Shown: piece after piece, positions 53,116-64,000 of the stretch
How positions within the stretch are numbered: the first letter of the stretch is position 1
How the letters are laid out: each line of letters begins with the position of its first letter
Assembly: GCF_009914755.1 (NCBI RefSeq)
Contig: NC_060928.1
Length of the DNA stretch: 64,000 nucleotides
Reading direction: 5' to 3' (one strand)
From: the human T2T-CHM13v2.0 reference genome, Homo sapiens
Notes under the pieces: model-generated
Database searches by the model: none
Seen by the model: the letters and a program-made list of their open reading frames with translations, nothing else
Told to the model about the DNA's origin: nothing
Program-made: the position numbers and the translations under genes

Positions 53116-53919
53116 CTCACAAAGCCATGGGTTCATTCCCCACCCTTCTCAAGAGCAGAAAATACAGAATAGCAAATCTATAATGAGAACAAAGTCACTC
53201 ATTGCTTTAGCAGTGGACTGAACATTTCCCGTTATTGCTGTTGCCGCAACACACGTCTGCATGCCGTACAGGTGCCCTGCGCTCCCCATTGTTGGGCAGT
53301 CAGTCCCCCGTGTTGTGGCCTCCGTGTCGTGTGTCTCATGAGCACTGCCCAGCGCCTTCTCAGGCCTCCCCTCTGCCGGGGCCGCACACCTGCCAGGAGC
53401 CGGGCGCTGTGCTGGGCAGCAAGTTTTCAGACAGCATCAGACGAAGCGAAGGGCGCTGCTGCTGTCGTCCCATGGCAGTCCCCTGGGGGAGATTCCTCAT
53501 GGCTGACAGCGGTGTCACTGGTGGGAAGGAAAAGACCCAAAGACTGGGAGAGAGGACGCTGGGGAGTCTTAACTTAGACGGGGGCTTAAAGGTCTCTTAC
53601 AAGAGGGGTTGTTTGGGTTGAGGGGTCAGGGGAGGGAAGAACATGCACAAAGGCCATGAGGCGGGCGCCCGGGGTGTGGACCCAGAGCGTGGACACGGAC
53701 GCCAGCCTAAGCAGGAGGGAGCGGGGGTGGCAATTTATCAGTCACCACAGAAGAGCACGCTGGCAGGACACTCAAGGTGCCTGCCATCAGGAGCAGAGAC
53801 ACCAGGAAGCCACATCTGTGTCCTAATGGGACCACAGGTTCCCTCCAAAGAGTGTCTTACAGGCTGATTTACAGAAGGCAGGAGCTGGCGGGAGCCTGAG
53901 CTGAGCCCCATGGGAGCAG

Positions 53920-53972
53920 CAGGCAGGTGCAGGCAGGTGCAGGCCGGTGCAGGCCGGTGCAGGCCAGTGCAG
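53920..53972. repeat. 10-bp tandem repeat (AGGCMGGTGC) x ~5
   Basis: Read directly from the sequence. Confidence 0.85.
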
Positions 53973-54344
53973 TCCGTTCTCCAGCCTCGGAGGCACGGCG
54001 TGCACGGGGGCCTGCTCCTTAGTTTGAAAACAAGCAGTTGTGCCACTAGTGCCTTGGAGTGAGCTGGCAACTGTGGCGCCTCAGCTTGGAGTGTGCTTGA
54101 CACCTGTGTTGGCCGGTCCATCTGGCACCTGGCCGCTGTGCTTCTAGGCCTCTGCCTGCCGGCTGCCCTCTGCTGGGCATCGCCACTTTCAGGATGACAG
54201 CCTTAGAGCCTTCTCTCGGCCTGGTGGGGGCCCAGTGGTGGCGTCCCTCCCCGAGCATCCTCTCGTGTTCCCGGCAGCCACAGCCCCTGGGTGCTGGACC
54301 TCTCACCTGCCAAGAGGATAGTGACACCCCTCTGCCCGTCTTTA

Positions 54345-55530
54345 GGGGCTGTGGGCGGAGGGGAGGGTGGAGAGATGGGGGTGTGGGCAGGGACAAGGGT
54401 CGAGAGATGGGGGTGTGTGCGGTGGGGAGGGGACAAGGGTGGAGAGATGGGGGTATGGGGGGAGGGGACAAGGGTAGAGAGATGGGGTATGGGGGGAGGG
54501 AGGGTGGAGAGATGGGGGTATGGGGGAGGAGGGGACAAGGGTGGAGAGATGGGGGTACGGGGGGAGGGAGGGTGGAGAGATGGTGTGGGCGGAGGGGAGG
54601 GTGGAGAGATGGGGGTATGTGGGGAGGGAACAAGGGTGTAGAGATGGGGGTGCGGGGGGAGGGAGGGTGGAGAGATGGGGGTATGGCGGGGAGGGGACAA
54701 GGGTGGAGAGATGGGGGTGTGGGGGGAGGGAGGGTGGAGAGATGGGGGTGTGGGCGGAGGGGAGGGTGGAGAGATGGGGGTGTGGGGAGGGGACAAGGGT
54801 GGAGAGATGGTGTGGGGGGAGGGAGGGTGGAGAGATGGGGGTGTGGGGGGAGGGGAGGGTGGAGAGTTGGGGGTGTGGGGGGAGGGGAGGGTGGAGAGAT
54901 GGGGGTGTGGGGAGGGAGGGTGGAGAGATGGGGGTGTGGGCGGAGGGGAGGGTGGAGAGATGAGGGTGTGGGGAGGGGACAAGGGTGGAGAGATGGTGTG
55001 GGGGGAGGGAGGGTGGAGAGATGGGGGTGTGGGGGGAGGGGAGGGTGGAGAGTTGGGGGTGTGGGGGGAGGGGAGGGTGGAGAGATGGGGGTGTGGGGAG
55101 GGAGGGTGGAGAGATGGGGGTGTGGGCGGAGGGGAGGGTGGAGAGATGAGGGTGTGGGGAGGGGACAAGGGTGGAGAGATGGTGTGGGGGGAGGGAGGGT
55201 GGAGAGATGGGGGTGTGGGCGGAGGGGAGGGTGGAGAGATGAGGGTGTGGGGAGGGGACAAGGGTGGAGAGATGGTGTGGGGGGAGGGAGGGTGGAGAGA
55301 TGGGGGTGTGGGGGGAGGGGAGGGTGGAGAGTTGGGGGTGTGGGGGGAGGGGAGGGTGGAGAGATGGGGGTGTGGGGAGGGAGGGTGGAGAGATGGGGGT
55401 GTGGGCGGAGGGGAGGGTGGAGAGATGAGGGTGTGGGGAGGGGACAAGGGTGGAGAGATGGTGTGGGGGGAGGGAGGGTGGAGAGATGGGGGTGTGGACA
55501 GAAGGGAGGGTGGAGGATGGAGGTGTGGGC
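54345..55530. repeat. G-rich VNTR, ~29-33-bp unit (GGGGAGGGAGGGTGGAGAGATGGGGGTGT), ~38 copies
   Basis: Tandem periodicity, almost no C on the + strand, recurring ~186-bp higher-order block. Confidence 0.95.
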
Positions 55531-56625
55531 GGAGGGTAGGGGCTGCAGAGGCCCCGGGGTGTGGGGTGGTGTGGGGCTGGGCCGTGACAATGGGTGGGGT
55601 AGGAAGGACTTTTCAGTTGAGGAGGAGCAGCGCAGTGCAGGGAGACCCAGGCGGGAATGGGTCTGAGGACATGATGGGGTGTGTCAGCGTGGTGGTCAAG
55701 GAGAGGGGAGAGGCGGGAGGGTGGCCTGCTCCATCTGCTTCCAGAAAGGTGCAGGCATGCTGTAGGTTTCCCTAGGGACTCTCAAGGAATTGTGGCAAGG
55801 TTTTCTACAAGACTCTTATGCAGGTGGAGAGACAAAAGTAGCTGCAGAGCCTCAAAATCTTGACATAAACAGGTTCCCTTCCTTCAAGCCTGAAATTGGT
55901 CACTTAGGATTCCAAGTCCTCAGGAAAGCAGAGCTCCCAACTGTGATGCTTTTTGTTTTTAAGAGGTGGCGACTGATTTGCTGGAGCCAGCTTCTCATCT
56001 GGGGAAGTGTCTAGCATAATGATGGGCACAACATAGATGTTTGTCGAATTGAATTAATTCTGGTCATTTCCTGGAGGAGGAGAGACAGGATGTTTTAATA
56101 GCCAGTTATTTCCTGCGCCGGAGTTGGTTGGGTCTTCAGACACCAGCTGAATGCTTAGGGATTCTTTCATTTCCTAAAGTGCTTACAAAATTATGAAAAA
56201 GCACGACTTTGCTGAAAACCTGCCTTCATCTTTACTAATCATCATACTAGTCATCTTTACTCTCAGTGTACTGTGTCCACTTTCCAAGCACCCTTGCACG
56301 TGATTTCATTTGATCTGGGTAACAGCCTTGTGGGTGGGCTGCCGTCATCCTGTTCTGTGTTTACAGAGGTGGAGGCTTTGTCAGAGGCACACAGTTGGCA
56401 GAGCAAATACTTGACGATCCTGGGATGACTGTTTTTTTTTCAATTTTGCATGTTTTTCTTGTATAAAATATACCTAAGATTTACCCTGGGATGACTTTTA
56501 AATCTCTCTTTTTAAAAAGTCTTTGTTCCACAGTATTCCTTGATTTTCTGCTATGCCATGCATTGGACAAGACTAAACATCTCTTTGCAAAAGAATAACC
56601 TGATGCCTTTTTTCTTCGTGTTTAG

Positions 56626-56742
56626 GGCTCAAAATTTGGGCGGGGAACTGGACTCACTCAGCCTTCTCAACGCACGTCTGCTCGGAGATCATTTGGGAGA
56701 TCCAAGAGATTCAGTATCACTCGCTCCCTTGATGATCTTGAG
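56626..56742 (+). CDS. RGS12: RGS12 next coding exon (39 aa GSKFGRGTGLTQPSQRTSARRSFGRSKRFSITRSLDDLE)
   Basis: Acceptor tttttcttcgtgtttAG|GGC and donor GAG|GTAATT. 117 nt, phase 0/0, open and in frame with the previous exon (…KEDKK|GSKFG…). Confidence 0.93.
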
Positions 56743-57139
56743 GTAATTTAATTTTCATTTTTCTTCTTTTCTCCTTCAAGTTTTAAAAAATGCAAGTCCA
56801 CCTTGCAGATACGTCTGGCTGTTTTTTGAGTCCCTGTGGTCCCCTCCCCTCCCCCTCTGTAGTGGTAACCCCTGTTTTCTGGGGGACAGCGTCCCATGCA
56901 CATTTGGGAACCTTTCTACCCTGCAATGTGTCTGAGCTGTCACAGGGCTTTCTGGGGTGCTCTTCTGTGTGCCAGACTCCAGTGAACACTTCTAGAAATG
57001 AGCTGGTTTAATCCCCACAAATACTCTACGAGGTAGGGCCTGTCATTGCCCCCTTAAAGACGGGGCGTGATCCACAGACATGGGTAAGTGTCATTTTGTG
57101 TGGCTCGTCTATCTGTGTTTCTTTTGTAAAGAACAATGA

Positions 57140-57560
57140 AAAGATTTTATTTTTTATAGCAGTTTTAGGTTTACAGAAAGTACAGAGAGTTCCCTTATGC
57201 CCCCACCCACTTGTTAAAAATGCGCCGTCGGGATCATTACGTCCTGCATTGGTGTGGGTGTTTGTTACAGTTGACAGGCCAGTGTAGACATATGATTATT
57301 AGCTTAGGTCCGCAGCTCACACGAGGGTTCCTGCCCGTGCTGTCCTCTCTGTGGGTTTGGACAAATGTCCGTGCCGTGCACCCACCGCTGTGTATCACCG
57401 AGAAAGCCGCCGCCCTGGAAATCCTCTATGCCCCACCTGTTTACCCTGCACCCTCCCGTTGAACTCTGACAACCACTGATCCTTTGACTGTCTCATTTGG
57501 CATGTTTTAAAATTTTATACAGGTGCAGCTGTATTCTATGTCTTCTTATTAATGTCTTAT
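57140..57560 (-). mobile_element. Old L1 (L1MC/MD-like) 3' fragment
   Basis: agcagttttaggtttacagaaa…acagagagttccc and caaccactgatcctttgactgtctc motifs. Confidence 0.65.
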
Positions 57561-58649
57561 TCTAGAACATGTGTCATGTTTTCAAGATTTACTCCTGGAC
57601 TTTCAGTCCAGTCCTTTTACTTGTTGTATGGCATTCTGCTATGAGTATATGACGATGATTGATGCCTTCCGCTATCGATAGACACTCAGTGGGAGTGGGA
57701 GAGAGTCTGCCCTTACGGCATTCTTGTACATGTCTCCTTCAGCGCGTGTGGGACGGGCGAGAGTGTTCTTAGCTGGGAAGGATCTGCATGAGCGGTGTGG
57801 CCAGACTCCGTCCACAGTGACTGCTCCAGCTCCTGCTCTTCCAGGAGAAAAGGTGGCTTCAGGGATGGCAGGGGTCCTGGGGATTGGCACGTTGTGGCTG
57901 CAAATAGGAATCTGCCCTTGGATGGCCTGTTTAGCTTTGGTCTCTCCGGGGAACTCGAGGGCAGGTCAGGGCTAGCGTGCTGTATCTGGGCGGGCAGCAA
58001 TCAGAATCGGCTGCAATGGGGTGCTCATGCTGCTGATGAAGACTCAAAAGGGGTGTGTGCTACCTAAGGCAGGGCCTAGCTTGAGGCTGAGGACCCCGGG
58101 ACCATTTTTGGCTCATACTGCCATGCTGAGCTGACCATCTGTGCACAAGTCCTGTTCATTTTCCTCCTTTTCTGTTGGTCATGAGGAACTCACTGTGTGG
58201 CCCTAGGTTTGGGCTGACAGAGCTGTGCTGGTGCCCTGGTGAATGATATGTGGGTCTGGGCCACGTGCTCTGCACAACCTGCCCCTTCCCTGCTGGGTGT
58301 AAACTTCTATCTCATGGTGGATTGCTGCTGGGTGTGCCCCATGCCAGGGTCAGTGCCATGCTCCTGATAGACAGCTCCAGCGTCTAATCACTGGGTGTCC
58401 CCAGTGGATGCTCCATCTCCACCAGGGCCCTGCTGCTTTCCACATGGCTTGTGGTCCCTGCTGTCTTTGCCCCACACCTTAAACTTCCTGGCTGTAAATC
58501 TCTTACTGGGGCCAAGGAGGATGGCCCAGGTGGCAGGGCTGCCTGTCCTTTTCTGTGTGGGCCCTGCTCGCTGCTGGCCGCCTTCCATGACTCCTTGGAG
58601 AGGGATCTGAGCAGCCTTCCCAAGTGAGGGGTGGTTTGCCTCTTGAGCC

Positions 58650-59083
58650 CATCGTCCTGAATAACACGGAGGAAGGCTCTCTGTAAGAAAACGATATTTA
58701 TTAATATTTGGGAATAGGCATTGCAATGAGAATATGCATGCTGTAGTAAACTATGAATATTCAGGGAGGTCAAGAAAGACAGCAGTTTTTCAAGGAAAAA
58801 TGAGGAGGATCACAGGATTGTTTTGAGATAATTATCTTACAAGGATGGGACCAGTCCAAGGTTGGACAGGCAGTTGCGGGACAGATGTCCTCAGAGGAAT
58901 ATTTTTGTATGTGAGGCTGAGATGGCCTGTGTGCAAGGTTGTGGTTTTGCAGTCTTTTGTGATGGATTTGTTATCAGGTCTATGAGCATGAGAACCCTCC
59001 CTTCCTGGCCTTCTCTGGCTCTGTAACACTTTGTTAGGGTTTTTAATACAAGTGACTCCATTTTCTTTCTGACAACTTTCACA
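58650..59083 (-). mobile_element. 3' LTR of a MER65-type ERV1 provirus
   Basis: Minus strand begins TGTGAAAGTTGTCAG and is immediately preceded by the polypurine tract AAAAGGGGGAAA (59084-59095). Confidence 0.85.
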
Positions 59084-59611
59084 TTTCCCCCTTTTAATTG
59101 AGATCTTTCTCCAAAAGCATAGCTGACCAGTCATCCTGCAGTCAGGCTTTGATTGCCCCTTGGTGCTGGGATGGAGCTGTCCCAGTTTGGTGTGGTCTGG
59201 TTCCACATCATCAGGAAGTGACTGGTGACCAGGAGTCAGTGTCAGAGCTCATTTAGCCACATTTGAGCAACCAGGGAGGTGTGGAGGGAGTGGCCCTCAG
59301 GCGCAGTCTACCTGAGTCCACTGTTAAGTACGGTTTTGTCTGTTCCATGGGTGTTGGCATCATCTCAACGCGCTGGGCCAGCACGATTCTGTTAGGAGTT
59401 GTACTTCTGCAGAGACTTAAGCAACAGATAAAAAATTTATAAAGGGAAAATGCAGAGTGAAATTAATAATAATATGACAATCCTAGTTTGCATAATGTTT
59501 TGAGTCATGAACATAGGCTTAAAGACAACCAGTTGAATAAATCAAATGACCATAGGGAATTGGGTGAGACTTTTTATAATATATGGCCTGTTTCCTTTTT
59601 TGGTGTGTGTG

Positions 59612-59735
59612 TACTTTTTCCTTTTTGTGGAGAATGGGGTTTCTCATGTTGCCCGGGCAGATCTTGAATTCCTGGGCTCAATCTGTCTTCCCGCCTCTGC
59701 TGAGATTACAGGCATGAGCCACCATGCCCCGACCT
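59612..59735 (-). mobile_element. Alu left-arm monomer inserted in the ERV env remnant
   Basis: ggggtttctcatgttgcccgggc…gattacaggcatgagccaccatgccc. Confidence 0.75.
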
Positions 59736-60852
59736 GTTTTCTTATTTTGGGTATATGGTCCTTAATTTTCCCAGAAGAATTTATCCAGGTATAGCAGGTA
59801 GTATCAGCAATAGCACAGACATTTCCTTCTTTACGCAATGGATAATTTAGAGCAATTTTATCATCTAGTGTCCCATGACTGAGTTGGATTAAAGCAGAGT
59901 GAGCACCAGTTGTATTAGGGATGTTCCCAAAGTCACCCACTAGGGGGACTCAAGGATCTCTTAGGGTTCTATCTAGTTCCCAGCAGAAGCTACTGATTGT
60001 GAAATTTCGATTACACCATTATTCTGCCGAGTCAAAAAGGTAGGCATTAAGAGGGGTAAATGTGTCTTTATAATATGGACTCTTATTCCAGTGCCTTGGA
60101 GAAGCTGCCCACAGCATGAAGCTGTCGGCTTCTAGTCCTGTCTTGTGGTCTAAGTGTCTCTGGTTGTGGCATCAGTGGTTTGGTGAACTCTTGGTGTGGC
60201 CCACGCATCAGGAATGGGATTTTGTCCCTTAACATTTAGTTTCAGCTTATAGGGCTTCAGGAATAGAGTAGTTCTCTGCTTTTAGTGATTCTATGGGAGA
60301 AAGTTGGATGGGAGGAAGCTGGAAGAATTGAGGAGCTTGGAAACAGTGCACAGGGCTCCAGTCTAATAACAGGAGTATTGCAGCTTTTCTTCAGAAACAT
60401 GGCTGCTTCTCTCTACATTGATCACACAAGAAAAAAATCACTCCGATTTTAACAACCTCCTGAGGCTGGGAAGCCAAACCAAGGCAGACTATAGATTTTG
60501 CCTACAGTCTTAAGGTTTCTGGGCCTGATACGAAGTGACAGTTTTTACTTACCCGCTGTAAGTCTAGGAACCCTTGAAGCAGGGTATTCTATGCACGTTC
60601 TCAAATTTGAGATTCCAGACAAGGCATTGGGAACAGAACCACTGGTCTCAGTTGTATCCTGCTACAAAGAGGGAACAGATTTTTTTTTTTTTTGTAAATA
60701 ACCACATTGCCATAAGAATACATGTGAACAGTTTCCAAATTTTGGAGGGATCGAGTAGGGAGAAAAAGCAAATGTTTTTACTTTTGTTTTCACAGAAGTA
60801 TACTTTACCAGATTGCTGTAAGTTATAAACAGTTTAAGAAAGATAACGTTCT

Positions 60853-61180
<328 letters not shown>

Positions 61181-64000
61181 TTAAGTAAAGAACCAACAAT
61201 GTTTCAAATAAAAGTCATAAAAACATCTCATCAGTTATTTAATCTCATGTAATTAATTTTTGTTCTGCTTGATCTTGATAAGTAGTTTCACAAATTCATC
61301 TGTTTCCTTATTAGAGTTCTGAAGAATTTTCAGTTAGTCTGTCGATCTTAAAGTTATTAGAAACCTGTATTTAAGAGTGCTTCTTAGAGTCTTTTCCATG
61401 AATCTGATTGCAAATGCTTTTAGAGAAAAATCAAAACAATAACAATGGATAAGGAAAACAGAATAGCTATGGTTTAAAATCTGGTGGAAGTTCATTATAA
61501 TTAGCAATTGACAAGGAAATCTGGCTATTTCTGTAGCATACAACATAATAACTAGAGTTATGGCATATTAGGTTTCTGAGAGTTTTATACAATTTTGGAA
61601 CATTCCTATAAAAACACACCCATAAATGTAACTGAAAGAAGGTCTAGCATCACGTATCATTTTACAGTGTTTTTTATACAATTTACCAGATAAGCCTAAT
61701 CATTTACCAGACGTACCAGATAAGTCTTTGTAAGATGAGAGATACGTCCTTTGAGGCTCTCCAGAAGCTTGACTGGAAAATACTAAAGCTAATTATGGGT
61801 CAAAAAGATTTAATTTAGAATTTATATCTTGGGGAAGCCCATCAAAGATGCCAAAAGATTTAAAACGCCTGATCAAAACAGGAGCACAGGTCACTATTAG
61901 ATAATAGTCATTCATTTAACCAGAATGAGAAAGACTTCAGAAGCAACACAGGGAGTTCCATGAATGTAAACAAACAACCCACTCAAAGCTCAGTTTTCCT
62001 ACAAAATAAAAAACTTAATAAAGACAACACAGGAAATTATCTTGATAAAACATAAAATCTTTGTTTCGTAGGCCAGTTACCAAAAAGGTAAAGAAAAACC
62101 TCCTGTGGTGTGATTGCTTCTCCTCATGGGAAGCCCGTTTGGTTTGCCTGGAAGTAGAAGCTGATGAAAAGTACTTGAATTTAATGAGACATAGGAAGAG
62201 GGTGTCCAGTGTTACGAGTGCGCACCGTATTATAGAGGAATGTCAATGTGACAGTTAGTGGCTTGAGCAGGGCAGTACAGGGCTCTAAGTCACAGTATGG
62301 GAAGTTTTCTGGTTCCATGGAACAATTCAGACACATCCAGAAAAGCCGAATGTACAGAATCGAGTTATACAGGCGGAAAACAGTGCATCAGACCATAGTA
62401 ACACAGTTAAAACTGGAGAAAAAAGTTCCAGGAGCTGACAAAAAAGTTGAAGGAAAGAGTCCTTGCCCTAGCCAAGCAAGCAGCTGCAGCTTCTCAAGGG
62501 GAGAGAGTGGAAGGCAGTGATATGCGGCCAGCAGGTCACACGCAGCAAGGCCAAGCCCAAGCCGAGGCTGTCAGATTCACCTGGAGAGGAAGACCCTGCC
62601 TGGAGAAATGAAATTGCCATTCTAAATGAAGACAGCATTTCTAACCTCATACGAGGGAAATTAGATGGAGACTAAAATAGAAAAAAGCTGCAGTTCAGAA
62701 GCTTGTTTTATAAACATACTTCAGAATTAAAAATCAAAACGTCCTGCAGTTTTACTAATAGCCGATCAATACTTCAGGAAAACCCTGTTGTTCTAACATA
62801 AGCGACCACGTTTTTTGCTTTGTATTAGTGTATTTTTAATATTAAAGTTTGGTCTTTAGAAGGACTTACACATAATTTTCTTCTAATTATAACCAACTTA
62901 ATCATATAAAATTTATTTCGTAAATTTATCTTTCACAGACTTTTATGACCAATATAGGCCTTCGATGACATCCTTAAGCCTTTCTGCTTTGTTCTGTACT
63001 TCCTCTTTCTTAAAACAACAGGCATTTTACTTTAGGACAAAAATTTACCACACAGGAGTCTTTGTCATACAAAATTATTCATTTTTGTTTTTAACCTTCC
63101 TTACTAAGATACATCTACATACCTATAACTTTCTTCACATCTCTCGCTCTCCTACTTAGTGGTTTCTTTCTCTTTGCTTTCTAAATCCATATTTTGAAAC
63201 AAATTTTAAATAATCTCCAAACTAGACAAAATTACTTTTTTTCAATAAAGAACACATTTTTATTCCTCTCATAATTTTTCTCATCAGAAACATACCTTAC
63301 TTTTCGTATACTTTGTATACTGAAATATATATATGTAAGAACTTTAACTCTTAGTAACTGTAATTTTTAGTGAAAACCTTGGAATCAGTATTTTATAGAT
63401 GAGAACCATTTTATAATTTTTGGAAACATGTTTTCCCGTTACATAATTACTTTGTGTATTAACAGGCAAAAATATATTTAGTCCTTCTCTAAAATTTAAT
63501 AAGCCAAGAACAAACTTACATTTGTGTTCAGCAATGTATGTTTTAGTACTTTATCTTATATGGAAATGACTTAGACATTTTATGAGTATCATTTAATTTA
63601 ACATAGCATAACTTTAAGATTTCAGATTACATGACAGTCTATAAGCACTTTCCCATCTACGTTTACGTACTTTATTTATTTTTAATAATTATACCTAGGT
63701 TACTTATGAAAACTGAGATATAGAAAAAGCTAGTCTTCATTTCAAGTTATTTCCCTTTTCACCATTTGTATAGCCTATGAGTATCAGGTTTTCACCTGAG
63801 AAACTTAAATATAGGGGTATTTTGCTGATAACACAGAAGATACAGCAATTTTGATTAAACTAACAGTGTTAGTCTTAGTCATTAAAAAGCTATACAAATA
63901 AAGATAATTGTGTCTTTAGTCTGGATTTATACTTTTATAACCTTAAGACATCTAGTAGAGATAAATATAATCCTCTCTGACCAGTAAAGCTGGGCAAAAA

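Noticed and set aside
54046-55775. Long Pro/His-rich and Gly/Trp-rich ORFs on both strands
   Set aside because: Translations of the G-rich VNTR.
52686-59083. Single provirus that transduced RGS12 exon 3
   Set aside because: The PPT and env remnant lie on the far side of the second LTR, and the enclosed DNA is ordinary intron.

Overview
Primate, almost certainly human, genomic DNA containing the 5' part of RGS12 (4p16.3) on the + strand. It includes a CpG-island promoter with a short non-coding first exon (~5770-5848) and a candidate alternative first exon ending at 28126. The 1982-nt first coding exon (29247-31228) encodes the PDZ and PTB domains in 627 codons, and the next coding exon is 117 nt (56626-56742). 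The introns hold two processed pseudogenes: an XAGE-family copy inserted inside an Alu, and an RPL7A copy. They also hold five GC-rich minisatellites, many Alu/L1/MaLR elements (several nested), a Tigger4-type DNA transposon, and two MER65-type LTRs, the second being the 3' LTR of an antisense ERV1 provirus with an env remnant. Nearly all other ORFs in the track are GC-content or repeat artefacts. I see no convincing new gene system. The best second-look items are a triple uATG/overlapping-uORF leader on RGS12, a circRNA-prone start-codon exon, a G-rich VNTR with 13 PRDM9-type motifs, a 32-copy E-box VNTR, and several small retroposition and template-switch signatures. Repeat subfamily names come from recalled consensus features, not from a search.
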